NCBI GenBank assembly: GCA_014727915.1
Contig: WJMO01000006.1
Coordinates: 160,001-224,000, forward strand
Reading direction: 5' to 3'
DNA length: 64,000 nt
Origin: Candidatus Altiarchaeales archaeon
GTDB taxonomy: Archaea > Altiarchaeota > Altiarchaeia > IMC4 > SCGC-AAA252-I15
Position numbers and translations under genes: made by a program. Of this stretch, positions 1-8,998 are shown in pieces (positions within the stretch are counted from its first letter, which is position 1; every line of letters begins with the position of its first letter). The notes under the pieces were generated by a model. The model saw nothing but the letters and a program-made list of their open reading frames with translations, was not told the origin of the DNA and did not search any database.

Positions 1-190
1 CATTTCCCGACCCACCGGACAAAACCGCGAACGCGGCCGCCAGGACGACCAAGCCTAACAGCAGGTGTGCGCTGCCAAAACCTCCACCTCCATCAACCGA
101 TGCCTGCCCGCCGGATTCTTCTGACACTCTCACGCTACCGCTCTTAGATGCTCGCCCTCTATTTTTCTCCCTTTTTCCCTTTCTTGCCAT
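1..190 (-). CDS. Membrane-anchored protein, 3' end outside window
   Basis: ATG at 190, 4 bp after the upstream stop; MARKGKREK... then hydrophobic HLLLGLVVLAAAFAVL; open to the window edge; not in ORF track. Confidence 0.6.
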   Translation of the reverse strand, partial: MARKGKREKNRGRASKSGSVRVSEESGGQASVDGGGGFGSAHLLLGLVVLAAAFAVLSGGSGN

Positions 191-194
191 TTTA

Positions 195-557
195 TCATTC
201 ACCAGTAAACCCGGCACCTGGACCTATGCCACAGCTGCCCTCTTCGATGTCTCCCTTGCACTGGGGGCAGACTTCATCGAATCTTCTCTGGGCTATCATC
301 TCATCGCACCTGCATATGCCGTCATCCCAAAGCCAATGCCCCATGAAGCACATGTCACACACCGGGCTGATACAGCACTTGTACTCCCCGGACTCAACCT
401 TCTCGGCTATCAGAGAGTTCACCTCATCCAAGGCATTAGCCCGCCTAACCTGGTAGCTGTCAGGATAGGGCGGGTTCCCGCCTGAAGAGTATGCCAGAAT
501 GGATGATATGCCTATCACCGCCGCCAACGCGACAAGTCTCTTATCCACCGGCACCAC
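195..557 (-). CDS. Small exported Cys-rich protein, putative metal-binding
   Basis: N-terminal hydrophobic segment; YKCCISPVCDMC, CRC and CPQC motifs; same strand as and overlapping the DsbA gene. Confidence 0.7.
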   Translation of the reverse strand: MVPVDKRLVALAAVIGISSILAYSSGGNPPYPDSYQVRRANALDEVNSLIAEKVESGEYKCCISPVCDMCFMGHWLWDDGICRCDEMIAQRRFDEVCPQCKGDIEEGSCGIGPGAGFTGE

Positions 558-1209
558 CCAGCTCTGAGCCTATCACTTCCCGGAATGCGCTCATCGGCTG
601 GGCGCCGACTACCTTCTGCCCGCCTATGAAGAACGTCGGGGTCCCGGACACCCCCCGGCTCCTTCCTTCTGAGATATGGCTTTCCACCAGCGACTCCTTC
701 GAGCTGGAGTCCAGGCACCTGTTGAACTGCAACCTAGCTAACCCAAGGTCAGAGGCTATGGACTTCAGGACATCCGAGTCTCCGACATCATAGCCTGAAC
801 CGTGCCTTTCGAAGAGCATGTCATGGTATTCCCAGAACATGCCCTGGTCCCTGGCGCACTCAGCGGCCTCGGCAGCCTTGTCAGCGCCCCTGTGAAAGGA
901 GAGGGGAAACTGCCTGAAAACAACCTCAATCCGGCCCTCATACTCTTCACGTATCTGGTTGACAGTGGTCGCAGCCCTCGCGCAGTAGGGGCATTTGAAG
1001 TCGCTGTAGACGACAACCTGCAAAAGACCCCCACCGCCTGAATCAGATGCAACCACGGCATTAGGGGGCGACTGAACGCCCTCAGCCGGGGGTGTTTCTG
1101 ATGGCTGCAATAGCGCGTATGCAGCCACCGCGAACAACACGGCGATGACGACGCTCAACGCCAGTATGTTATTCCCACCGCAGCAACCGTCTGATCCTTC
1201 CCGTTTCAT
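541..1209 (-). CDS. DsbA/thioredoxin-fold disulfide oxidoreductase, membrane anchored
   Basis: YSDFKCPYC, FRQFPL and GVSGTPTFFI motifs; start moved to ATG 1209 (ATGA overlap with upstream stop). Confidence 0.9.
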   Translation of the reverse strand: MKREGSDGCCGGNNILALSVVIAVLFAVAAYALLQPSETPPAEGVQSPPNAVVASDSGGGGLLQVVVYSDFKCPYCARAATTVNQIREEYEGRIEVVFRQFPLSFHRGADKAAEAAECARDQGMFWEYHDMLFERHGSGYDVGDSDVLKSIASDLGLARLQFNRCLDSSSKESLVESHISEGRSRGVSGTPTFFIGGQKVVGAQPMSAFREVIGSELGGAGG

Positions 1210-2477
1210 CTTCCACCTCCGCATCCGCAACCGCATCCGCCGCCACCGCATGAACCGCCACATGAGCCCCCACCTGGGACCTCGATGGTCTCAACCGCCT
1301 CTGCAACAGCAGCAGGGTCCTCGATGTTTATGTCTTCTTTTACCACGAAAACCCCGGGTATCATCCCCATCCAGCAGCTCCAGGGTATAGTACCAGAATC
1401 GTCTGGCGTGAACTCGATCGTCTGCAAACCGGGTTCTATGTCGAATTCCAAACCTAGCTTGGGCACCTGTATGGCGTTGTTACATCCGTTTATCTCCTTG
1501 CCGTCTATTACCCACTTGACTGGAACCCCCCTTTTCAGAACGAACTTGTCCGGCTTCCAACCGTACCGGTTCACCTCCATCTCTATTACCTGGTAGCCGC
1601 CTTCAAGCTCCAATGAGAGGTTGCCTGGGTCGTCTTCCATCGCCTGAGCCGACACAAGGATGGTGTTGAAGTCCGCTCCCGTGCCAGTCAACGCCAACCC
1701 CCGGTTCACCATAACCAGGCCCAACAGTATAACTACTACCCCAGAGTAGCGAACTATCTTATGGGTCATCCTGGAGCTAACCACCGATGTCAAAACCCCG
1801 AAGCCGAGCAGGACAGGTAGTGTGCCCAACCCGAACACTGCAAGGTATAGAGCGCCGTGGACTGGACTGCCAGATGATGCTGCCAGTATGTACACCGCCT
1901 GCAGTGGGCCGCAGGCTATCATCAGCCCGTTCAACAATCCGATAACCGCGGGGCTCCTGCTCTCATTCTCCTTTTCAGACCGCCACCTGTCTATGAACGA
2001 GGGCATTGTAAGCCTGAAGCGACGGAACCATTTCATCATTCCCAGCATGTTGAACCCGAACAAAACCAGGAACAAACCCGCGAGTATGGCCGCCGCACCC
2101 CGCATGAACGGGGTGAAAGTGAAGAAAGACCCTATGAAACCGAATACGGCACCGAAGAACGCGTAGGACACTGTCTTGGACAATCCATACGTTAGGTGGG
2201 AGCCGTAGTTGATACGCCCGTCCGCGGCCTCCTTGGCAGAGTAGCTTACCACAAAACCCCCACACATGGCAACACAGTGGAAGCCGGTCAGCAGGCCTAT
2301 TATGAACAGCAACATTATTGAAGTGTCACTGTCCAATGAGGGCATGTACACGCCAAAGCTCTCATGAAGCATATAGTATCCCCCGGCGAGGATGGCCAAC
2401 ACACCCAAAACCACGGAGACGTTCTTCAAGTCCGCAGTTGAAAACGCTATCCTTCTGTTGATATTAGAATTTTTCAT
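1206..2477 (-). CDS. DsbD_2/TauE-like membrane protein fused to a cupredoxin-like domain with a Gly/Cys tail
   Basis: GFHCVAMCGG and ACGPLQA motifs; C-terminal GC...IPWSCWMGM; tail GGSCGGSCGGGGCGCGCGGGR. Confidence 0.85.
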   Translation of the reverse strand: MKNSNINRRIAFSTADLKNVSVVLGVLAILAGGYYMLHESFGVYMPSLDSDTSIMLLFIIGLLTGFHCVAMCGGFVVSYSAKEAADGRINYGSHLTYGLSKTVSYAFFGAVFGFIGSFFTFTPFMRGAAAILAGLFLVLFGFNMLGMMKWFRRFRLTMPSFIDRWRSEKENESRSPAVIGLLNGLMIACGPLQAVYILAASSGSPVHGALYLAVFGLGTLPVLLGFGVLTSVVSSRMTHKIVRYSGVVVILLGLVMVNRGLALTGTGADFNTILVSAQAMEDDPGNLSLELEGGYQVIEMEVNRYGWKPDKFVLKRGVPVKWVIDGKEINGCNNAIQVPKLGLEFDIEPGLQTIEFTPDDSGTIPWSCWMGMIPGVFVVKEDINIEDPAAVAEAVETIEVPGGGSCGGSCGGGGCGCGCGGGR

Positions 2478-2498
2478 GTTTATCCAGAGCAACTAGGA

Positions 2499-2536
2499 TG
2501 AAACAATATAAGCCAACATAGGTGAAACTGGTTTCA
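2499..2536 (-). promoter_or_regulatory. TGAAAC operator-like sites flanking a TATA-like box
   Basis: TGAAAC at 2499 and 2523, inverted GTTTCA at 2531; minus-strand CTTATATT lies between the direct copies. Confidence 0.55.
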
Positions 2537-3007
2537 TTTAAGGACCACTATGTTTGTCAGGCCTCTCCTACGCCTCTCTAGCAGGTTCTTGGACTCCAGC
2601 CGGTCCAGGTTCCGGGTTACCTTAACCTTTGACAGCCCGGTCTTCTCGGATATCTCACTCTGGAAGATTGTGCCTCCAGAGTCTGAGATCAGCTGGTAGA
2701 CTGTCTTCTCATCCCCATCCAGGCTTCCGAGGTTCTCCAGCCACTTCTCCCTGCCTGAAGGCTCCTGATCCAATCTGCCGCCCTTCAAAGCCAGGTATAT
2801 GCCGATGAAGAACAGTATCACGACACCAGCCAATCCGCCATAGAAGACGGGAGGGACCTTGAAATGGATCATCTCGCAGCTTTCCCCGCAGGTGCAGGAC
2901 TGGGTGCTCATATCGGCGAGAGTGTCTAGGAGAACTGACAATAACGCCACCAGAAAGACCGCCAATAGTATCAGCACAATCCCTACTTCCCGCAATCCGG
3001 CCCTCAT
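2534..3007 (-). CDS. Membrane-anchored winged-HTH regulator (2 TM, Cys-rich loop)
   Basis: Two TM helices around CTCGESC; C-terminal IFQSEISEKTGLSKVKVTRNLDRLESKNLLERRRRGLTNIV. Confidence 0.85.
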   Translation of the reverse strand: MRAGLREVGIVLILLAVFLVALLSVLLDTLADMSTQSCTCGESCEMIHFKVPPVFYGGLAGVVILFFIGIYLALKGGRLDQEPSGREKWLENLGSLDGDEKTVYQLISDSGGTIFQSEISEKTGLSKVKVTRNLDRLESKNLLERRRRGLTNIVVLK

Positions 3008-3013
3008 CTTAAG

Positions 3014-3862
3014 CTAAACCCATTCCTCCCTTAGCTTTTCTCCTTTTATGCTTATTACCGCCGATTTCACAGGCACCTTCCGCTGAGCCCTTTCAACAGC
3101 CTCTTTCGCCATCTGCAGCAGCCCAGTGCAGCATGGGACTTCCATTGTCACCACCGTGAGCGTGTTTATCCCGGCGTCATCAATGAGTGAAACGAGCTTC
3201 TCCACGTACGTCTGCTGTTCGCTGTCCAGTTTCGGGCAGGCTATCGCCAGCCGCCTTCCCTTCAAGTACTCACCGTGGAAGCGCCCGTAAGAGTATGCCG
3301 CACAATCAGCCGACAACAGCACGTCAGCGCCCTTGAAGTAAGGTGCCAAAGGCGATACCAGGTGCATTTGGACAGGCCACTGCCTCAGCTGCGAGGAAAC
3401 CTCACCAACCACTTTACCCACTACCTCCGGGTCATGGGAGAAGTCCATAGTCCTGGCTCCCGGGCAGCCCCCCGCAGACCCTGAGCAAGGCGTCTCAGGT
3501 GCTGCGGTTTCCGGGACCTCCAAACCCTTATCCTTCAGGAATCCGACAGCCTCGTTGTAGTATCCCATCTCCCCATGATCTCTCAGATGTTCAAGGTGGG
3601 CTTTTATCGTGTTATAGCCCTGCTTGACGATGTTCTCCATGACCCTGCGCTCATCGTAGGGTTCCGCCTCCCGCTCGACTATGTCTATCGCGCCTTCGGG
3701 ACAGTGTCCCATGCAGGCTCCGAGCCCGTCGCAGAAGAGGTCGCTGACCAGCCGGGCCTTGCCGTCTATCATCTGCAACGCTCCCTCGGGGCAGTTGGGT
3801 ATGCACAAGCCGCACCCTGTGCACTTGTCCTCGTCTATCTCGATTATGCTACGCTTTACCAT
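3014..3862 (-). CDS. 4Fe-4S dicluster-domain protein
   Basis: CTGCGLCIPNCP and CDGLGACMGHCP; C-terminal QWPVQ, ADC, CPKLD, MEVPCC. Confidence 0.85.
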   Translation of the reverse strand: MVKRSIIEIDEDKCTGCGLCIPNCPEGALQMIDGKARLVSDLFCDGLGACMGHCPEGAIDIVEREAEPYDERRVMENIVKQGYNTIKAHLEHLRDHGEMGYYNEAVGFLKDKGLEVPETAAPETPCSGSAGGCPGARTMDFSHDPEVVGKVVGEVSSQLRQWPVQMHLVSPLAPYFKGADVLLSADCAAYSYGRFHGEYLKGRRLAIACPKLDSEQQTYVEKLVSLIDDAGINTLTVVTMEVPCCTGLLQMAKEAVERAQRKVPVKSAVISIKGEKLREEWV

Positions 3863-3873
3863 GTTGTATCCTC

Positions 3874-4221
3874 TCAGCCGAACACGAAGGCTGATAGTGT
3901 GGGCAGCAGCAGGTACAAGACCATCAACGTCAGAGAGACATAGGTGACTATGCTAACAGCCACCATCGTCCTATGGGCTTTGACGTCGTTCAAGGTGCAT
4001 GTGCCGCCGCACTGCCTTTTGATCTTGAAGTAGAGGGACAAGAGCATGAAAACCGTGCCCGCCGCTATGAAGAAGAGCTTATACCTTGGAAGCTTCAATG
4101 CTGCGGTCATGCTCCCAGCCCCCAATGTCCCGAATATCATGACCAGTATCAGGGGCAGCGTGCAGCAGCTCGACGCTATGATCGTGGCCTTCACCCCCGT
4201 CCAGAATCCCTTCAATCCCAT
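3874..4221 (-). CDS. MerT/MerF-like heavy-metal transport membrane protein
   Basis: ASSCCTLPLIL Cys pair in TM1, three TMs, loop CGGTC. Confidence 0.65.
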   Translation of the reverse strand: MGLKGFWTGVKATIIASSCCTLPLILVMIFGTLGAGSMTAALKLPRYKLFFIAAGTVFMLLSLYFKIKRQCGGTCTLNDVKAHRTMVAVSIVTYVSLTLMVLYLLLPTLSAFVFG

Positions 4222-4445
4222 CCTATCCTATCAACCTCGCCTTTGAAATCCTCTCCAACAGCCTCTGCTGCCGGTGGTTCTCTCGTGTTCGGTGATTTGG
4301 CCGGCCTGCGCCGAGCCTCCTTAACGCTCTCCAAACCGTAGAATATTAGGGCAGCCAGCAAGACCACCACTAATATTATTATGAATATCCTGTTCTCGCT
4401 GACTCCCCCGCCGCCTTCCTTTTTGTTAAGCGTCTTCAGGCTCAT
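4212..4445 (-). CDS. Small single-TM hypothetical protein
   Basis: One hydrophobic helix; overlaps the start of the next gene. Confidence 0.55.
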   Translation of the reverse strand: MSLKTLNKKEGGGGVSENRIFIIILVVVLLAALIFYGLESVKEARRRPAKSPNTREPPAAEAVGEDFKGEVDRIGWD

Positions 4446-4456
4446 CTTTTGAAAGT

Positions 4457-4465
4457 AAAAAAAAA
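4457..4465 (-). terminator. U9 tract, candidate archaeal terminator/attenuator
   Basis: Nine consecutive T on the minus strand, 20 nt after the micro-ORF stop. Confidence 0.4.
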
Positions 4466-4484
4466 TGATGTTATAGATACTGTC

Positions 4485-4511
4485 CTAGCAGCAACCGCAT
4501 CCTGGACCCAT
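4485..4511 (-). CDS. 8-aa Cys-rich micro-peptide MGPGCGCC
   Basis: ATG GGT CCA GGA TGC GGT TGC TGC TAG; GGAGGTGA at 4524-4517, 5 nt before the ATG. Confidence 0.6.
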   Translation of the reverse strand: MGPGCGCC

Positions 4512-4530
4512 AAAGCTCACCTCCAAAGAT

Positions 4531-4588
4531 TATAGTTACTTTTTAACACTATATGTTGTGTTCTTTGAATAAATAGGTGTTGGTAACC
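4531..4588 (-). promoter_or_regulatory. Promoter GGTTACC-N6-TATTTATT plus TATAGT/ACTATA inverted repeat
   Basis: GGTTACC 4588-4582, TATA-like 4575-4568, inverted repeat 4531-4536/4548-4553. Confidence 0.5.
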
Positions 4589-4594
4589 GGATTG

Positions 4595-5119
4595 TTACCC
4601 TACGCCAAGGTCCAACTCCACCATTATCTTATGGGATTGGTCAAGTGGCAGTATCAGGTTGGGGTATTCCCCGAAGAAGTCCCGCGCCTCAGAGGTTGTT
4701 AGCTGCTCCCGGAGCCTTTCCGCGTGTTCGAGTATCTCCTCCTTAGTCCTCTTCTCCAGGCTGGGACAGTACTCCAGGGAATCAAGTGTAAGGTAGGCCT
4801 TACCATCCTTTTTCATGACGAAGAAGGGCCATAGACGACACCAGAAGGGCCCGACCTCGTATACCCTGCACTTCACTCCGTCTGTGAAGGGGCAGATATA
4901 GTGGCCGTTCTCCATGATCTTGAACGTGACCCTGTGGGTGTTCTCAGACTCCCTCTTGAACAGGCCCTCGGAGAAGCCCAACGCCAAGGCAGCCTCGTAT
5001 TCCTCGTCTGTGAAGACCGGAAAGAACGAGGGGTAGTGGGGGCTGAACCTGCAACAGGGATCAGTGCAGGCGAAACAATCCTCGGAGGAAGTCAGCATAT
5101 CAAGGTCTGGTATTTTCAT
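4595..5119 (-). CDS. YkgJ-like cysteine-cluster (CxxCxxxCC) protein
   Basis: CFACTDPCC, CPF, CRVYEVGPFWCRLWPF. Confidence 0.8.
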   Translation of the reverse strand: MKIPDLDMLTSSEDCFACTDPCCRFSPHYPSFFPVFTDEEYEAALALGFSEGLFKRESENTHRVTFKIMENGHYICPFTDGVKCRVYEVGPFWCRLWPFFVMKKDGKAYLTLDSLEYCPSLEKRTKEEILEHAERLREQLTTSEARDFFGEYPNLILPLDQSHKIMVELDLGVG

Positions 5120-5123
5120 CTTT

Positions 5124-6128
5124 TCAAACCTCACCGATCAGATGGTCTATTATGAGCTCGCAGATGTTAGCGGAGTATTCGCCGGTCCGCCTTATGCTCT
5201 CGGCTATATGGTCGACAGAGTGAATCTTCTGGGGTTCGATGCCATAGGCTTCGGCGGATATCGAATTGCAGAGGGGGTCCAGGTCTGGCAGGGATTCGAT
5301 TGTCCGGTTAGCATTGAGAACATCGTTGTTGAACCATGAGTTCATGCTCTCATTGAATATACCCATGGCCGTGTCGTTGGCTGCCCTGATAGATTCCCGC
5401 ACAGGCTTGTATTTTTTACTGGTCAGGGACGGTGCGTTCTTTGCGATGGTGACCGTGTGATCGGATATCCGTTCCATTATCATGCTCGCCAGATAATGGA
5501 ATCTCGCTTCCTGAGGGAGAACGCCCATGTTCTTGGAGAGCAACGGGTTGTTGACTAACAGGTTATACTGGTGCGCTATAAGCCAGTGAAGTCGGTTAAC
5601 CTCAACGTCCCTGGAAACCACGTCTTCTGCCAGCTTGATGCCTTTCTTGGAGAGGGTTGAAATGGCATCCTTTCGCATCGTGGTTATCAAGACGTGCATC
5701 CTATTGAGAGTATTGGCGAATGGCATCTCAACAGGGTTGAGTAAATCCCTTATCTGTATGAAGTTATCCGTCTCCTCCACAATCTCCGGGCCCACCGCCA
5801 CCTGTATGAACTCTGTCACAGCCTCCCTCTTGTCGGTGCCCATGTGAGACTCCGACTCGACATCGATCAGAGTGTATCCCATAACATAGGCGCCGACGAG
5901 AAGCCTGAATAGGTATCTTGGGCTGAAGCTGTCCCCCACAGAGATCACCTTCTTACGCACTACGCTCTCGCCGGTCAGTTTTGGGACTATTGTCAGCGTG
6001 CCGTCTGGCTGCTGGAGAACGCCAACAGGCCTGTTCTTCGTAAGATTGTTATTGTCGACCCAATCCTTAGGCAGGGTTATCATGTAGGACGACCCACCCG
6101 TAACCTGTATTTTTCTCAGATCCACCAA
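5124..6128 (-). CDS. phoU: Archaeal phosphate-uptake regulator (AbrB + PhoU domains)
   Basis: RKIQVTGGSSYMITLPKDW AbrB N-terminus; ERISDH and RRTGEYSANICE PhoU motifs; start approximate. Confidence 0.85.
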   Translation of the reverse strand: MVDLRKIQVTGGSSYMITLPKDWVDNNNLTKNRPVGVLQQPDGTLTIVPKLTGESVVRKKVISVGDSFSPRYLFRLLVGAYVMGYTLIDVESESHMGTDKREAVTEFIQVAVGPEIVEETDNFIQIRDLLNPVEMPFANTLNRMHVLITTMRKDAISTLSKKGIKLAEDVVSRDVEVNRLHWLIAHQYNLLVNNPLLSKNMGVLPQEARFHYLASMIMERISDHTVTIAKNAPSLTSKKYKPVRESIRAANDTAMGIFNESMNSWFNNDVLNANRTIESLPDLDPLCNSISAEAYGIEPQKIHSVDHIAESIRRTGEYSANICELIIDHLIGEV

Positions 6129-6276
6129 AACAACCCCAAATACATAATATATATATTTTATGTCGGAAAGATATATAAATGATTCAACATATATATAATC
6201 GCTCCTGTGCATTAAATTGGGAAGTCTAAAAGTGGGACCGGAAAAAATTGTTGAAAACGCAAACGTGGGTGGCAAT

Positions 6277-6402
6277 ATGAATGGATACTGTTACATACCA
6301 TACCAGTGCAAACATTTCGAAAAAAAGGACGGAAAACGATGCGAGTGCAGACACTCCATATACGGAGACTGCTTCAACCCCCAGATGATGAAGGAGGACT
6401 GA
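6277..6402 (+). CDS. Small Cys-rich hypothetical protein (41 aa)
   Basis: MNGYCYIPYQC...CECRHSIYGDC; stop lies 4 bp before the next ORF. Confidence 0.45.
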   Translation: MNGYCYIPYQCKHFEKKDGKRCECRHSIYGDCFNPQMMKED

Positions 6403-6406
6403 CAGC

Positions 6407-6715
6407 ATGGACGCCATAGTGCTATACGACCAGGACGGAAAAAGAGCATCAGAAATCTCAACATACCTGGCAGAAAAAGACAAAAAACACACTATAGCGG
6501 AGACGATAGTCGAGTGCAAGGAAAGGATAAAAGGTCATGGTAGGGGATTCCTGATGATCGGCGAATTCGACGGAGCAGAGGACATAAAAGGTCTTGCCGA
6601 GATCATACGGGAGGAGAACATCACGCCAGTGTTCTTCGACCTCTTCGACCCCGAAGAGAAAGACTACATGAACAGACTTCAAGAATATATCAACGTCAAG
6701 ACACCCCAAGGGTAG
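6407..6715 (+). CDS. Hypothetical protein, possibly degenerate receiver-like fold
   Basis: GGAGG SD; IVLYDQD start resembles CheY-like strand 1. Confidence 0.55.
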   Translation: MDAIVLYDQDGKRASEISTYLAEKDKKHTIAETIVECKERIKGHGRGFLMIGEFDGAEDIKGLAEIIREENITPVFFDLFDPEEKDYMNRLQEYINVKTPQG

Positions 6716-6776
6716 GGAACCGATGTGGCTGCCCTGTTTTGAGGGTGGTCAGGCTTTTAGGGCAGCCACATCAAAA

Positions 6777-7970
6777 TCACCGATCACTGAATACGTCCTT
6801 CAGGTACATCACCCAGACGGCATATGCCATGAAGAGAGGATAGTATTCGAGTAAGGTGAAGGGATACTTCAGCCCGGAGCTGAAGATGGGTATGACGAAA
6901 TACGTCGCCATCACCAGGAAGTTGTAGTGCCTAACATACTTGGGTCGGCGGAGTATGAAATAAGTAGCCGGCAACAGGAGTATGTATGAGTAGTCCTTGA
7001 ACCTTGGCATAACCAGCGCGAACGCAACCGTCGACAGGAAGAGAATCATTCTGCGCCAGTCAGAGGCAGAAGAAGACCTAAGCACCATAAAAGCCTTCAA
7101 GGTCAGCAAGAGCACCGTCAGAGAAGTGAGAAGATAGATGATCTGCCATAGGATGCCCGGAGTAAATATGCCATACTCGTATCTGAGGATGTCTGACAAG
7201 TCCCCCAGGAGCTCTGGCATGCAGGGGTTCAAAACCCCCCGCTCATTGGGTATCGACACAGACAGATTAGCGCTGTTGACGTATGAATCGAACTGGGAAG
7301 GGCTTGCAAGATAGGAAAAAACGAGATAGAGCGAGAAAACAAAGGCTGAACGCAGGAAGACACGGTATCTTGCATTATCGCCAACCAACAGAACCAAGCC
7401 CAAGAAGACTATCAGGTTCAGCTTGAAAGACGAAGCAGCCAGCACGAACAGAGAGAAAAGACTGTGCCTGCCCCTAAGGAGGAAGTAGAAGCCAGACCAC
7501 AGGAAAGCCTGCTCAAAAACAGAGATATTGCCCCCTATAAGGTCCCTTATGAGAGTCATGTTATAGGCAAGCAGGCAGGCCCCATAGTAGAAAACGTCCA
7601 CATCCCGTTTAAGGAAGAAATCACGCCATGAAGAGAGGAGGACCCCGACGAGCAGCAGCTTAACACCTAGGAAGACATGCTGTGCCAAGCCATATTCAAA
7701 GAATGAGAATGGCTTGAAAAAATATACGGTCAGCGGAGGATAAACGTATGTGTTGATCGGATAAGGCGCGATTTCAAGTAGAGTCTCAGAATCGTAAAGC
7801 CCAACGCCCATCGAGTGCATCTTGGCTGTGTAGTAGTAGACAGGAAAATCCCACTGTAGGTCTGCAAGGCCCGAATACATAAAAAAAGACCATAGCAAGA
7901 CCAGAAGTACGGGTATGAGGGCCACAGACTCCAAACGACCATAGGGCAGATCCTGCCTTCGATTTTCCAT
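6777..7970 (-). CDS. GT-C glycosyltransferase (family 87-like)
   Basis: DFPVYY, YVYPP, GN and FKL motifs; multi-TM. Confidence 0.8.
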   Translation of the reverse strand: MENRRQDLPYGRLESVALIPVLLVLLWSFFMYSGLADLQWDFPVYYYTAKMHSMGVGLYDSETLLEIAPYPINTYVYPPLTVYFFKPFSFFEYGLAQHVFLGVKLLLVGVLLSSWRDFFLKRDVDVFYYGACLLAYNMTLIRDLIGGNISVFEQAFLWSGFYFLLRGRHSLFSLFVLAASSFKLNLIVFLGLVLLVGDNARYRVFLRSAFVFSLYLVFSYLASPSQFDSYVNSANLSVSIPNERGVLNPCMPELLGDLSDILRYEYGIFTPGILWQIIYLLTSLTVLLLTLKAFMVLRSSSASDWRRMILFLSTVAFALVMPRFKDYSYILLLPATYFILRRPKYVRHYNFLVMATYFVIPIFSSGLKYPFTLLEYYPLFMAYAVWVMYLKDVFSDR

Positions 7971-8082
7971 GTTATAGCAGTTGGAACACGGGCCAGACAC
8001 CCATGAAAACCCGCTGTTAAGTATTTAAATACCATGATAAAAAAAAATCAGGGTTTTTGAAGGTTCAGAGGGGTATCTAAAA

Positions 8083-8110
8083 GGTTACCATGAGGCTTAT
8101 ATTGGTTACC
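8083..8110 (+). promoter_or_regulatory. GGTTACC-N6-CTTATATT-GGTTACC promoter
   Basis: GGTTACC at 8083 and 8104 (21 bp apart) flanking a TATA box about 25 bp before ATG 8126. Confidence 0.55.
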
Positions 8111-8125
8111 TGCTTATTGTCTTCG

Positions 8126-8992
8126 ATGGTGGATAGAATAGTATTGGCCGCGGGTCTACTGTTGCTGATAGTGTTCGCAGGCCTGGTCTTGGTGAACCTT
8201 AAGGACGAGCCCCGAACCATGTTCCCAACGACCACCACTACCGTGCCGACCACTTCAACAACAGCGACTACTTCGACGACACAGACGTCAACAACCCTCC
8301 CAAAGCCCGATTCCACTACAACCACCTCGACCACCACCTCGACGACTTTGAGGTATGTTGAAGTGAGGTGGAGCGACCTCAGCAAATGCCGGAGCACCTC
8401 CCTGGGCAGCATGAACACGCTGCTGGCGTGGGTGGGCGACGAGCTGGAGGGGAGTTGGGGGGAGAAGCCTGAGCCCAGGGCATATGTCACATGCGACAGC
8501 CCAGAGCTAATACCCGTGGACATAGTCACACTACGCGGCGGCAGGAGCATCGAACCCGTCAACGACGTCAACGGCACCTACAGGTTCATGGTGAAATGCG
8601 GACGCAACCAGCTGGCCGAAGACCTTAACGACTGCAGGGAGCTTAAAGCCTATTTCGACAGGAACACCATAACCGGCGAAGGTTCAGACTATACGGTAGT
8701 TGCCACGTCATCCTCAACCACCACAACCTTGAAGCGTAACCCTTACCTCGACAAGTTCCGGGGTAAGGGCTATCGCAAGGTTGACATGCACATATACTGG
8801 CTGTGCCCCAGCTGCGTGCCGGCAGTGAACAACCTGGTCATCGGCGAGCCGGGGGTGAAGAGCCGCAGCCTGGCCTACAAGCAGAACGTCAGCTACGTCA
8901 TATACGACCCCACAGTCGTGGACCTGGAGAGGGTGCTGGAACTATCAGGCGCGGGGGGAGACGTAGAGGTATACCAGGACCTGGAAATCTGA
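8126..8992 (+). CDS. Membrane-anchored Thr-rich protein with C-terminal HMA-like domain
   Basis: N-terminal TM, poly-Thr linkers, WLCPSCV...PGV...VIYDP HMA pattern. Confidence 0.7.
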   Translation: MVDRIVLAAGLLLLIVFAGLVLVNLKDEPRTMFPTTTTTVPTTSTTATTSTTQTSTTLPKPDSTTTTSTTTSTTLRYVEVRWSDLSKCRSTSLGSMNTLLAWVGDELEGSWGEKPEPRAYVTCDSPELIPVDIVTLRGGRSIEPVNDVNGTYRFMVKCGRNQLAEDLNDCRELKAYFDRNTITGEGSDYTVVATSSSTTTTLKRNPYLDKFRGKGYRKVDMHIYWLCPSCVPAVNNLVIGEPGVKSRSLAYKQNVSYVIYDPTVVDLERVLELSGAGGDVEVYQDLEI

Positions 8993-8998
8993 ACATAG

